DNA of 64,000 nucleotides, taken from the IMG/VR virus record IMGVR_UViG_3300010354_000065, positions 1 through 64,000 of that record; one strand, written 5' to 3'. Below the pieces are notes generated by a model. That model was not told the DNA's origin. It did no database searches and saw only the letters and a list, made by a program, of their open reading frames with translations. Below, in pieces: positions 47,812 through 57,224 of this stretch; within the stretch, counting starts at the first letter, position 1; each line of letters begins with the position of its first letter. Source of the stretch: a virus. A program made the position numbers and the translations under genes.

Positions 47812-50688
47812 ATGGCAAGTATTCCTTCACTAGTATTACGCGAATATCTTGAAAGTAACATGGGCCTCTTCGGTGAGGCTATGAAAAATGCTCGCATACG
47901 CCGCGAGCAGCGACAAGAGATACAAAAGCAAGTCGATATTATAGAAGAAAAAACACAAGAGATAAAAGCTGTTCGTTCTTCACTCGCGGTAACTTATAAG
48001 AACTTTCAGCAAATTGATCGCGATCTGAAGATTTTAGCTAGAGCTATGGCCGCCCACATCGGGCTTGAAGACGAAGACTTTAATTTACAAAAGTCGTATG
48101 ACTCTCCTCGTGGTAAAAAGAAATCATTGATCCCTCAAGGTCTTGAACAACAGATTAAAGAAGATGAGGATAATTTAAGCGGTCTTCTCCGCTTTTTCAG
48201 GCTTCCTGGTCGTACACCTCCAAGACGTAGGCCACCAACAAGAAAGCCGCCGAGAGGAGTAGCAAGACCACCAAGAGTACCACCAAGAGTACCACCAAGA
48301 GTACCACCAAGAGTACCACCAAGAGTACCTCCCGGTCAAAGACCTCCCCTTGGAACGGGTAAACCTCCAGTAAGAGTTCCTCCAATTGTAGGTGGTGTTC
48401 CGAGCGAAGATGAAATAAAAAGAGCTCGGGCTGCTACTGCTGCGCTTGATGCCGAGCAAAAAAGAATTACCGATCTACAAGAAAGAGTTAGAACTCAACA
48501 AGCTGCATTACAACAAGAACGAGCAAGATTTGCTGTTGAAACGGAAGAATTTAAAAAGCAAACCGTACAACTAGAACAACAACGTGCAACTCTACAAAAA
48601 CAAATTGCTGAGCTTGAAACAAAACGAGCGGGTGCCGCTATGGCTCTTGAAAGAGTCGCTGCTGATGCGGAGCGTAGCCGTACAAACGTAGCACGATTAC
48701 AGGCTGAAATATCAAACGTCGAACAAGAAAGATTAAAGCTCGAACAACGAAGAACACAAGCTCTCGTGGATGCACGTAACGCGTCTCTTGATGCTGCAAA
48801 AGCAAGATATGCAGAGATACGTGCTAATTGGGAAAGTTACAACAAGACCGCTGACGAGCTTGGTCGACCAAGACGAAGCGTTGACAGTTTGATTGCTCAA
48901 CAAGAGCTGGTTAAACCGAATCTCGAAGCTTCTGATCGTCGTGTAAATGCTGAGTTTGATAGAAAAGTAGCAGAATTTGACTCAAAAATTAATAGCACTA
49001 ATGCAGCAATTGCAGCAGAACGACAAGCCCTGGCACAACATGCTCGCGTATATGAGCATATTAATAACAACTTAACACGTGCAGAGGTGCAACAAAACGC
49101 GGTTCGTAATCAAGTGGCAGAGACTGTACAACGTCAGGCCGCAGCAAGCGAAGCTATAAGAACTGCTCCTGATAGAGAAATGTCGTTGATGGCAAGAGAA
49201 AGGGCTCTAGCAGACAGTGCGAGGTATGCCGAAGAACTAGCAAGAAGACCACCAGCTATTCTTCCTACACCACCAGCCGCTGTACCACCAGCCGCTGTAC
49301 CACCAGCAGCAGCTGCTCCTCCTGTTAAACCGCCACCTCCAACAAGAGTTGTCCATGTACCTCTCAATGGTCAAGCGTTAGCCGCTGCACAAGCCTTTGC
49401 AAAGAACGCTATTGTACAAAAACTTGGTGCAGCAATTTACAAAAAGCTGCCTGTGATTGGTATAGGTATTGTAGCTGGCATTGCTGTTTGGCAATTAGCA
49501 CAAGGTAAAGTTACACAAGCTGCAATATCAGTAGCAGAAGGTTTTGATCCTACTTTTGTTGGTGTCACTGCGGCTACATTAAAGTATCAAGTAAAACTTG
49601 AAACATACTTCAACTCACATAAAATTGATTATCACGTTGAGAAAATAATAAATCCAGAACTGGCTGAACAACGTTGGGACGAAGTTACCAAAATTGTCGA
49701 TGCGCAGTGGGCAAAGGTTCAAGAGGAACTGGCCAACACTTGGAAGACATTCAAAGAAGGCCTTAAAGAACAATGGCGTCGTGACCTTGATAAAGGGTTA
49801 CTGAACGTTCTTCGCGAAAGTATCACATCACAGCCAACAGAAGGTAGAGAGGTAGATAGGTTAGGGCGACGTCGTGGCAGAGGTCGTAATGTTACGCCTT
49901 ATGTGGCAGGCGATGGTCAACCTGCTCCTCCTACACCTGTTGACATCCCCACTATAACGGGTCGAGCAATATCTGTTGCAGGTGCGATCAGAGAGGCTTC
50001 AAAACTAATAGGTGTTGATGAAGCATTAATGCTTGCCATGGCAAGGCAAGAAAGTGGATTCGTTGCTGATATAGTCAACCCCGATTCAAAAGCAACAGGT
50101 CTATTTCAGTTTTTAGATAGCACATGGCGTGAAATAACGTCGAAGAATCCACAATATGCAGAAATCTTTGCAAGAGGTCCTAAAGATCCTTTTGCAAACT
50201 CCATCGCTGGTGCCATTTTTCTTAAAAACAATATTCAAGCTTTAAAGTCAAATGGGCTTGAGGTTAATCATCGTAACCTCTACGCTGCCCATTTCTTTGG
50301 TGCTACTGGAGCAGCAGCGCTGCTTAGAGCTAATCCAAACAAAATAGCAGCCGACGTAATCAAACCACTGATACCAAAAGGTCCTGAACAAAACTTAAAC
50401 ACTTTTTATATTGGTGGAGATAAATCAAAACCAAGAACTGTTGGTCAATTACTAGAACTTCTACAGATTAAAGTTGGTAATTACGTTCCTGAGTACTCAC
50501 GTGAATTGCAGCAAGGTGGTTCGGGTGAGGAAATTGTTGGTAGAACGCTAGCTTTAAGAGCAGCAAAACAACAGGGGCAGCAAAGACCTGCCCCTGTTGT
50601 ACAACCATCACACACTACCACATACGTTCCTGTTCAAAATGGCCCTGGAGCCAGTCGTTCAGAGAACATTCCTATGGTAGGAAGGTAA
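47812..50688 (+). CDS. Tape-measure/hub-like protein with a long coiled coil and a C-terminal SLT lytic transglycosylase domain
   Basis: LMLAMARQESGF, ATGLFQFLDSTW and LYAAHFFG motifs. Confidence 0.75.
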   Translation: MASIPSLVLREYLESNMGLFGEAMKNARIRREQRQEIQKQVDIIEEKTQEIKAVRSSLAVTYKNFQQIDRDLKILARAMAAHIGLEDEDFNLQKSYDSPRGKKKSLIPQGLEQQIKEDEDNLSGLLRFFRLPGRTPPRRRPPTRKPPRGVARPPRVPPRVPPRVPPRVPPRVPPGQRPPLGTGKPPVRVPPIVGGVPSEDEIKRARAATAALDAEQKRITDLQERVRTQQAALQQERARFAVETEEFKKQTVQLEQQRATLQKQIAELETKRAGAAMALERVAADAERSRTNVARLQAEISNVEQERLKLEQRRTQALVDARNASLDAAKARYAEIRANWESYNKTADELGRPRRSVDSLIAQQELVKPNLEASDRRVNAEFDRKVAEFDSKINSTNAAIAAERQALAQHARVYEHINNNLTRAEVQQNAVRNQVAETVQRQAAASEAIRTAPDREMSLMARERALADSARYAEELARRPPAILPTPPAAVPPAAVPPAAAAPPVKPPPPTRVVHVPLNGQALAAAQAFAKNAIVQKLGAAIYKKLPVIGIGIVAGIAVWQLAQGKVTQAAISVAEGFDPTFVGVTAATLKYQVKLETYFNSHKIDYHVEKIINPELAEQRWDEVTKIVDAQWAKVQEELANTWKTFKEGLKEQWRRDLDKGLLNVLRESITSQPTEGREVDRLGRRRGRGRNVTPYVAGDGQPAPPTPVDIPTITGRAISVAGAIREASKLIGVDEALMLAMARQESGFVADIVNPDSKATGLFQFLDSTWREITSKNPQYAEIFARGPKDPFANSIAGAIFLKNNIQALKSNGLEVNHRNLYAAHFFGATGAAALLRANPNKIAADVIKPLIPKGPEQNLNTFYIGGDKSKPRTVGQLLELLQIKVGNYVPEYSRELQQGGSGEEIVGRTLALRAAKQQGQQRPAPVVQPSHTTTYVPVQNGPGASRSENIPMVGR
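48268..48327 (+). repeat. Five perfect copies of the 12-mer CCACCAAGAGTA (PPRV)
   Basis: Directly visible in-frame tandem repeat. Confidence 0.95.
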
Positions 50689-50693
50689 GTTGT

Positions 50694-51626
50694 TTACTCT
50701 CCATCAGCAAGACGCTGGAACATTGCCATGTCCTCGTCTTCTTGGTCATCCCAAGGAAGATCGGCTTTAGGAATAGGCTTCGCAGCTTTAGCAGGAGCCG
50801 CCTTTGGAGCAGCACTACGCATTTCCGGAGCCTCTTCCCACATATCCTGCTTTGATGCTGGCCGCTCTGAAGCACCAACTCCAAGTGCAAGCACCTTATT
50901 GAGGCGACTCTTCACCTCATCATAGGTCTTAAAGTTACTACGCTCAAGGAAAGCAGCCAGCGGATACTCCTTTTTCCACACTGCCTCAAGTTCATCATCA
51001 TCCTCCAACAGAGCAGAAGGACTATCAAACTCAGATTTATCGTAGTTTGAGTAACCATCAACCTTACGAATCTTCAGTTTGAAGTTAGCACCACTCCAGA
51101 GATCAAATGGGTTGAGAGGAGTCTCATCCTCGAACTCAGGATTCATAGCAGCGTTTAGCTTATCAAAGATTTTCTTGCCATACTTGAACAAGAACACCTT
51201 ACCTTCGTTGTCAGGATTAGAAGGATCTTTCACAACATATACATTGCTAATGAAAGACAGCTTACGCTTACGCTTACGAACCGTATCTTGGTTCTCTTTG
51301 ATGTTGGTATTCCACAACTCACTATTGTGTTCGCAGACGGGGCACTTCTCATTAACAGAAGTCAAGCACCCATCAATCAACCAACCACCAGGACCCTGGA
51401 AGGCGTGATCAAACAAACGGACAAAAGGAACGTCTTCACCACCAGGAGCTGGAAGAAAACGAATAACAGCATAACCGTTACCAGCTTTATCCACTTCTGG
51501 ACGCCAAAAGCGATCGTCGTCTTGAGGTTTGTTAGAGGGAGCTGCTAGCTTTTCTACGGCGCTGTGAATGTTTGCAAGAGAAGAGGCGCCACTAGCTTTT
51601 TTGAGCGATTTGAAATCGATTGTCAT
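50694..51626 (-). CDS. gp32: Single-stranded DNA-binding protein
   Basis: DDRFWRP..DKAGNGYAVIRFLP, CPVCE, GKVFLFKYGKKIFDK, NYDKSEF and acidic tail. Confidence 0.97.
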   Translation of the reverse strand: MTIDFKSLKKASGASSLANIHSAVEKLAAPSNKPQDDDRFWRPEVDKAGNGYAVIRFLPAPGGEDVPFVRLFDHAFQGPGGWLIDGCLTSVNEKCPVCEHNSELWNTNIKENQDTVRKRKRKLSFISNVYVVKDPSNPDNEGKVFLFKYGKKIFDKLNAAMNPEFEDETPLNPFDLWSGANFKLKIRKVDGYSNYDKSEFDSPSALLEDDDELEAVWKKEYPLAAFLERSNFKTYDEVKSRLNKVLALGVGASERPASKQDMWEEAPEMRSAAPKAAPAKAAKPIPKADLPWDDQEDEDMAMFQRLADGE

Positions 51627-51692
51627 ACGTATATCCTTGTATAAAATGTGTTGAATGTATAAGTCGTATCCACAGTATCATAACGATACAGG

Positions 51693-51700
51693 TATTTATC
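51693..51700 (-). promoter_or_regulatory. Late-type promoter GATAAATA upstream of gp32
   Basis: One mismatch to TATAAATA, in the gp59-gp32 spacer. Confidence 0.6.
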
Positions 51701-52303
51701 TTACAGCTTTATGTTGAACTTGTCAACAAGAACTTTTTTAAAGGTCTCTTTTTCATAATGCATGAAGGGATGATACTTCTTGCATTTTTGCCTTACATCA
51801 GGCCATATTACCTGGTCGGTAATCTCTTTATTCCACATCGGTGTAAAGCGAAGAATGTCATTAAGTATAATGAAAGTCTCGATGTGAATTTCTTTTCTTA
51901 GTAACATCTTCAGCGCTTGGGGGTGTTGCCCATCGACAACAATAAAATTATCAATAATAGAATCGCCAAATTTGTCAAGATCGTTTGTAAACACATATGT
52001 AAGTGATTCCTTTACACGAAGCCATTCCTTGTAAAGCTTTTCGGATTCCTCATTACGAAGAAGGTCTCCTACCCATACATCTTGCTTGCCATACACAAAT
52101 AAAGCAACAAGGAAATTAGTCAGGTCCTTATGTTTTGAGAGTTTGTGAAAAAAATACTTGTCGTTGCGAGAGTCAAATTTGTCTCTACGTGCTTTGACAG
52201 CGCCGTTGTATTTAAAAAAGTCATAACTCTTTGTCGTGAAATGACTCTTTAACGCAAGATAGTGCTTGTAAGCTTCAAATGCGTCCATTCTCAATGTAAA
52301 CAT
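51701..52303 (-). CDS. gp59: Helicase loader (start may be the internal MDAFEAY ATG)
   Basis: YLALKSHFT..YDFFKYNG, R.DKYFF.KL, IETFII and KY.PF motifs; upstream of gp32. Confidence 0.92.
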   Translation of the reverse strand: MFTLRMDAFEAYKHYLALKSHFTTKSYDFFKYNGAVKARRDKFDSRNDKYFFHKLSKHKDLTNFLVALFVYGKQDVWVGDLLRNEESEKLYKEWLRVKESLTYVFTNDLDKFGDSIIDNFIVVDGQHPQALKMLLRKEIHIETFIILNDILRFTPMWNKEITDQVIWPDVRQKCKKYHPFMHYEKETFKKVLVDKFNIKL

Positions 52304-52539
52304 TATAAAGGTAGTTTGTCCGTTTTTGGAAAGTAGTTGAGAGCTTCTGCTTCGTCTTGTATACGTGCTTTCATTTTTGCACTGGAGCGAATCAAACTGC
52401 CTGCTGTCTCGATCTCCATGCCTGTTTGTTCACAATACAAAAGCACAGCTTCCATAAAATCAATTCTTTTTTCAAATGCCAACTGCTCAATCTCACGCTG
52501 AAAGTCTTTTAACGATTTAACTGGATTGAATTCTGTCAT
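52303..52539 (-). CDS. gp33: Late promoter transcription coactivator
   Basis: F..EIE, DFMEAV..YCE..G.EIE and K..I..EA..LN motifs; start moved to the ATG at 52539, which has an AGGA SD. Confidence 0.88.
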   Translation of the reverse strand: MTEFNPVKSLKDFQREIEQLAFEKRIDFMEAVLLYCEQTGMEIETAGSLIRSSAKMKARIQDEAEALNYFPKTDKLPL

Positions 52540-53143
52540 TATTTCCTGTGTAGCGTTCGAAAGTGGGTTTAGCTCCTTCTTTGTATGGAGCATAAAAAAC
52601 TCGCTGGCGAGTGTTTCTGTAGTAAACTTCATAATCTAATTCCCTAAAGTCATGGAGATGTTTCAAATCATTTTCACTTAAATTTCTGTACACATAAACA
52701 CGGTCAGATTTTTGGTTAAAAAGACTGAGTGTACGTTTTTCTTCGCTGTTGTATGCAACAGCCATTCCTTCAACCTTATCGCCAAGAAATTTTCTCAGAA
52801 AAGGAGCAATGACGACGGCAGCGATGGGTTCTATTTTCTTTGTATGCTTGATGTAGCGTGTACCAATAGCCCAGCCATTATATAGGGTCAGTCCAAACGA
52901 AGCTACAACAGCATCATCGCGCTCGACAATGAAGAATCCTAAATCAAACCGTTGTGCTCTGATTGTGCGTGTAAGAGCTTCTTCTGTGTAGTTTTTCTTT
53001 AGCCGCTCCCCTTCGTAGCTACTCCACAAATTCCATATACGATTTACGTTCTCTTTATCAAAGGTGGTAAGGATTGTGAATTTGTAAGACTGTCCTAGAG
53101 CTTCAAAATACTCAACCTTGTTTTTGGAAATATCGTTGGTCAT
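52517..53143 (-). CDS. Hypothetical protein (possible GNAT-like fold)
   Basis: 208-aa ORF coupled to its neighbours; no diagnostic motif. Confidence 0.45.
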   Translation of the reverse strand: MTNDISKNKVEYFEALGQSYKFTILTTFDKENVNRIWNLWSSYEGERLKKNYTEEALTRTIRAQRFDLGFFIVERDDAVVASFGLTLYNGWAIGTRYIKHTKKIEPIAAVVIAPFLRKFLGDKVEGMAVAYNSEEKRTLSLFNQKSDRVYVYRNLSENDLKHLHDFRELDYEVYYRNTRQRVFYAPYKEGAKPTFERYTGNNDRIQSS

Positions 53144-53759
53144 AATATCTGTCTAAATCCTCAGGGAGAAGGTTCAAGTTTTGATAGATCAGTTGATGTC
53201 CAAGATTATCATACTGTTCTAATCCCGTCCAAGGTGCGCCTACTGCGACTGTATACTTCTCTTCGCTTGTAAAATTATGCATACCATGTGGCCAACTACC
53301 GTCCATTATGAATGGATCTTCAGTATCAAACAAACGGACGTGTCCGTATTTCAAAACGAAGTATAAACTGTCTGTTTTGCCTTGTAGCACAACGCGGAAT
53401 TTGTGTTGTCTTGTACCAAATGCTTGTGGTGAACAGTCAATATGTTCATGATTACGTTGACCTGGTTGTGTCTTCAAAATGCTTATCCGCGTCTTCATCC
53501 CCATCCACGGAAAGACGTGTGTTTCAAACCATTCAACAAGAGTAGGAGAAGCAAAAGGCGTCCAAACATATTCTTCTTTTGTTCGAAAGTTAGACGCCCC
53601 CTGTTCCCCTGTCTTACCGCCCATTGTCATGAGTGGCATCATGTTTGTATGTCTGTAGGCATCATAAAACCATGCCTTCTCATTGACAGCCTTTACCTCT
53701 GCAAGTGCTTTTTGTTTGTCAAGAGCAGGAAATTTCAACGAAGCCGCAAGAATATTCAT
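53112..53759 (-). CDS. 2OG-Fe(II) oxygenase / Asp-Asn beta-hydroxylase-like protein
   Basis: TQPG...HEHID, HKFR and DGSWPHGM.N motifs. Confidence 0.7.
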   Translation of the reverse strand: MNILAASLKFPALDKQKALAEVKAVNEKAWFYDAYRHTNMMPLMTMGGKTGEQGASNFRTKEEYVWTPFASPTLVEWFETHVFPWMGMKTRISILKTQPGQRNHEHIDCSPQAFGTRQHKFRVVLQGKTDSLYFVLKYGHVRLFDTEDPFIMDGSWPHGMHNFTSEEKYTVAVGAPWTGLEQYDNLGHQLIYQNLNLLPEDLDRYYDQRYFQKQG

Positions 53760-54226
53760 GCTGCCAGTACCTCTTTCAAACGATCAGCCGCATACGAAGC
53801 AGCAAATGCGTTTGGTTTTACCATAGGAACAATATTACACGTTCCTTTAATGTAACCAATAGCTTGCTGCACAACGCAGCTAGAACCGTACCGTTCATCG
53901 GGGTTAATGTCCAAATGTACCTCAACATGACGGTCCTCTAACACATCAATTAAGCTCTGAAATAACTCAGATACTTTGTACACTTCATTCATTAAACGGA
54001 CTGCGGGTTTGTTCTTTTTTTGATCATAATCTGGCTCTCTTTGAACTTCACCGAATATTTTACAACCATGCCGACCATCCACGTGCACAACAACTGCAAG
54101 TGTATAATCTGCATACCAATTACGACCTTCTTTGAAGCGAACAGAATCTGCCCCAATGTAAATCTTTGTAGATGGTGATTGTTTTCTAATGAATTCTTTT
54201 ACTTCTTCAATGTTCATTTTTTGCAT
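53756..54226 (-). CDS. RNase H-like YkuK (DUF458) family protein
   Basis: IYIGADS, RLMNEV, VHLDIN and KP.AFAASYAAD motifs. Confidence 0.85.
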   Translation of the reverse strand: MQKMNIEEVKEFIRKQSPSTKIYIGADSVRFKEGRNWYADYTLAVVVHVDGRHGCKIFGEVQREPDYDQKKNKPAVRLMNEVYKVSELFQSLIDVLEDRHVEVHLDINPDERYGSSCVVQQAIGYIKGTCNIVPMVKPNAFAASYAADRLKEVLAA

Positions 54227-54240
54227 AAAGCACCTCGCCG

Positions 54241-54314
54241 TGGAGCGGGTGAAGGGAATCGAACCCTCGTCGTAAGCTTGGAAGGCTTCTGCTCTACCAT
54301 TGAGCTACACCCGC
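54241..54314 (-). tRNA. tRNA-Gly(UCC)
   Basis: Cloverleaf, loop CTTCCAA, U73, encoded CCA. Confidence 0.95.
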
Positions 54315-54484
54315 TTATTAATTATAACCCAAAATAATATTATCCCCAATATCAGTATCCTCATCAACAAAACAATCTTCTGTTGAAAGTATATCACAGT
54401 ATTCGTTTTTTCCAATCCCCGTATTATCTTCAACTTCTTTTTTTTGTTTTATTGTTTTGGCAGCTGTAAAGCTTTGATTGAATT

Positions 54485-55069
54485 TCACATGATTCCTTTT
54501 TGTTTGCTTATTGAAGAAAAATAATCTTCAAAAGAAAGATTTTCTTGAAATCTCAGTGATGCTATTGTTCTTTCTTTTGGTCCTGTTGACGCACGATGAA
54601 AGGAATCAACTTTAACAAAGTGTGGACGCTCAAAACAAAGACGATCAACAATAAAAGGACCTTTAACCCATTCAGGATGTGTATGACCATATCCAGGGTC
54701 GGGACGTTTTATTTCAATAACTTCCCCCTCAGCCCACTCCATAAAACAATCAACACAACCTTCAATGGGTATATTATACGCTGTGCTTTTTCCAAAAACC
54801 CTCCCATCTTTCATACTATATAAATCTTTATGCCAGTTTTGTGTGAAAAAAGGAGGTCTTGTAAAAAGATGTAACGCAAACAATTGAGGAAGTTTGTAAT
54901 ATGACAGCTCATTATTAATTGTGGCACATACATCTGATGGTAAGTCTGAAGCAAATAATACGTTGGCTTGACGTTGTGGTGTTGGTGCAGCCTTTATTGA
55001 TTCAAGCTTTTTTTTACAAAAAGCCTGCACAGCAGGAACAAATTCAAAATTAAACGAAAAATAATACAT
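54485..55069 (-). CDS. 2OG-Fe(II)/cupin oxygenase-like protein
   Basis: WHKD, YNIPI, FHRA and R.IASLRF motifs. Confidence 0.65.
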   Translation of the reverse strand: MYYFSFNFEFVPAVQAFCKKKLESIKAAPTPQRQANVLFASDLPSDVCATINNELSYYKLPQLFALHLFTRPPFFTQNWHKDLYSMKDGRVFGKSTAYNIPIEGCVDCFMEWAEGEVIEIKRPDPGYGHTHPEWVKGPFIVDRLCFERPHFVKVDSFHRASTGPKERTIASLRFQENLSFEDYFSSISKQKGIM

Positions 55070-55215
55070 TTATTTTTGTAGTCTGGAAAGAACAAAATCA
55101 AACTTTTCTAACGATTTCAAAGCCAGTTGTTTTATTCTAGATTCAAAATTAAAATTGAAAGGAATACTATTTAACATTTGGAAGCATGAAGTATGTTAGG
55201 TTACTGTTATATATC

Positions 55216-55290
55216 TGGCCCGGCCGGAGGGAATCGAACCCCCATTCGCGCTTTAGAAGAACGCTGTCCTATCCATTGAACGACGGCCAG
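55216..55290 (-). tRNA. tRNA-Arg(UCU)
   Basis: Cloverleaf, loop CTTCTAA, CCA. Confidence 0.93.
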
Positions 55291-55294
55291 AAAA

Positions 55295-55385
55295 TGGTGC
55301 CCGGAGCCGGGATCGAACCGGCACGCCGCTTTCGCTAAACGAGAGATTTTAAGTCTCTTGTGTCTACCTATTTCACCACCCGGGC
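55295..55385 (-). tRNA. tRNA-Leu(UAA)
   Basis: Long variable arm, loop CTTAAAA, A73, CCA. Confidence 0.95.
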
Positions 55386-55390
55386 TATAC

Positions 55391-55481
55391 TGGTACCTCT
55401 GGCGAGATTCGAACTCACATCAGCCGCTTATCTGGCGCTACGGGGTATAAATCCGCTGTTTTACCATTAAACTACAGAGGT
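55391..55481 (-). tRNA. tRNA with UAU anticodon (Ile by anticodon) and a long variable arm
   Basis: 7-bp acceptor ACCTCTG/CAGAGGT, loop TTTATAC, about 20-nt extra arm, TTCGAAT T-loop, CCA. Confidence 0.85.
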
Positions 55482-56008
55482 TTTGAAACATCAAACACTA
55501 ATGTTATTCTATCTTCGTTATTTAAATTTTGTGTACCGTGCATTTTTTGCGTGTTAAAACAAAATAACGTTCCTGGTGTAATATCGCGACTACTATCCCC
55601 TACAAAATATCGATATCTTCCTTTTATACACAAATGATACCGCTCTATTGTATGAAAATATTTTCCAGGATCTTTATGTAACGGAACCTTTTGTAATGGT
55701 TGCAGTTTAAGAAAAAAAGATCTTTGCAGGTTTACTGTGTTTTGATGTAACCAATCTAATGTTGAGGGAAATAATCCTTGAGAAAGATCTTCAACTTCTG
55801 TACTATTAAAAAAATTATCCGCTGACCTATTGGTGGTGTCAACATCACCAGGCCCAAAAAGTCTTAAGGTTTCTGTTTTTCGAAAAGCGTACAACAAATC
55901 CCCATAGTGTCTCCACAAATGAGAAGCTCGAGGGTGGACTACTTCATTTAAAATACATGATACATCGATGTTGGTTTTTTTTATTTCTATTTCAAAAGAG
56001 GGGTCCAT
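55472..56008 (-). CDS. Aspartyl/asparaginyl beta-hydroxylase-like oxygenase
   Basis: LHKDPG.YF, RYHL, PG.LF.FN..KMH and RITLVFD motifs. Confidence 0.8.
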   Translation of the reverse strand: MDPSFEIEIKKTNIDVSCILNEVVHPRASHLWRHYGDLLYAFRKTETLRLFGPGDVDTTNRSADNFFNSTEVEDLSQGLFPSTLDWLHQNTVNLQRSFFLKLQPLQKVPLHKDPGKYFHTIERYHLCIKGRYRYFVGDSSRDITPGTLFCFNTQKMHGTQNLNNEDRITLVFDVSKPL

Positions 56009-56835
56009 GTGTCTATAACTTCCTTCTTTAATTTTTGGTTGCCAGTTGCATTACACGTGTCGCACGGGACGCCACCCTTTGTTCTATTATGAAACATTAG
56101 CTTTTTACGAATACTATTCATCTCTTCAGAAAGCCACAGCTTGTGAAAAGGTGTCGTGTTTACATTACCAAACTTTCCTGCTGCCCTTGCCCAATCATTA
56201 CAACATAACAGTAAACTACCGTCCCAGTCAACGAAAGCTTTTGTATGGGGGAGAAAGCACGGCTTATTTAAAACGTCTTGAGGAATCCCATCTGTTTTAA
56301 CCGTACCAGCTCTATTTGTAAAAATTTGTATTGGAAAAGTGTACTTGGCGGAAAGGTGAATTGGTATACGATCCACAAAAGGCGCGACTTTACGCTTCCA
56401 TTGTTTGTATTGCTCTTCACTATCATACACATCTACAAAGATACTAGTTACTCCTGCATCGATGAAATCCTCAATGGTGTACCAATCATCATCAAGAATC
56501 TTATCTCCATTGGTATAAATTTGTATATCGCGGATTTTACCTTTTGCGACTTTTATATGCTCAAGAATATTTTTGTTGAGTGTTGGTTCTCCCATACCAG
56601 AAAAAACTATTCTACCTTTGTAGTTATTTTTGTACAAATCCTCTACAAGAGCAGTAATAGTATCCAGAGACATATGTAAGTTTTGATTAGGATAAATTTC
56701 TGGATCAACACGTGGACAAAACGCACAAGTTCTATTGCATAGCTCTGTTGGATTTACTTCAACCACGGTCAGACCAATAAGAGGATCTGTTGGTTCAAAG
56801 TGTTCGAGGGTACGTATTTTATGCATTTCTTTCAT
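55987..56835 (-). CDS. Radical SAM protein with SPASM/twitch domain
   Basis: CNRTCAFC (CxxxCxxC), SGMGEP, TNG and C-terminal PC...CCND...PCDTC. Confidence 0.92.
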   Translation of the reverse strand: MKEMHKIRTLEHFEPTDPLIGLTVVEVNPTELCNRTCAFCPRVDPEIYPNQNLHMSLDTITALVEDLYKNNYKGRIVFSGMGEPTLNKNILEHIKVAKGKIRDIQIYTNGDKILDDDWYTIEDFIDAGVTSIFVDVYDSEEQYKQWKRKVAPFVDRIPIHLSAKYTFPIQIFTNRAGTVKTDGIPQDVLNKPCFLPHTKAFVDWDGSLLLCCNDWARAAGKFGNVNTTPFHKLWLSEEMNSIRKKLMFHNRTKGGVPCDTCNATGNQKLKKEVIDTWTPLLK

Positions 56836-56850
56836 ATGTTCACTCTTTTA

Positions 56851-56942
56851 TGGCAGTGAGAGTGGGATTCGAACCCACGGTCCCGATTTCTCGAGACGAC
56901 GGTTTAGCAAACCGTTGATTTAAGCCACTCATCCATCTCACT
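56851..56942 (-). tRNA. tRNA-Ser(GCU)
   Basis: Long variable arm, loop TTGCTAA, G73, CCA. Confidence 0.95.
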
Positions 56943-56949
56943 TTTTATT

Positions 56950-57039
56950 TGGTGGAAGCGGTGAGATTCGAACTCACGGACCCTTTCGGATCGTCTGTTT
57001 TCAAGACAGGTGCAATAAACCGGACTCTGCCACACTTCC
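56950..57039 (-). tRNA. tRNA-Ser(UGA)
   Basis: Long variable arm, loop CTTGAAA, CCA (discriminator A). Confidence 0.93.
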
Positions 57040-57046
57040 ATTTTTT

Positions 57047-57121
57047 TGGCATCCCGCGAGGGATTCGAACCCCCACCCACGGTTTTGGAGACCGTCATGC
57101 TGCCGTTAACACCAGCGAGAT
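57047..57121 (-). tRNA. tRNA-Trp(CCA)
   Basis: Loop CTCCAAA, G73, CCA. Confidence 0.93.
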
Positions 57122-57133
57122 GTGTTGTATGTA

Positions 57134-57208
57134 TGGTGCATCGTGAGAGGATTGAACTCCCGACCTTCGCCTTGTAAGGGCGCAGCTCTACCGCTGAGCT
57201 AACGATGC
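57134..57208 (-). tRNA. tRNA-Val(UAC)
   Basis: Loop CTTACAA, A73, CCA. Confidence 0.95.
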
Positions 57209-57224
57209 ATATATATTTTCATTT

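Noticed and set aside
54306-55180. Tiny minus-strand ORFs flanking 54485..55069 (about 60 aa from a GTG near 54488, and about 35 aa MLNSIPF...)
   Set aside because: Possibly real, but no motif or other support is visible from the sequence alone.
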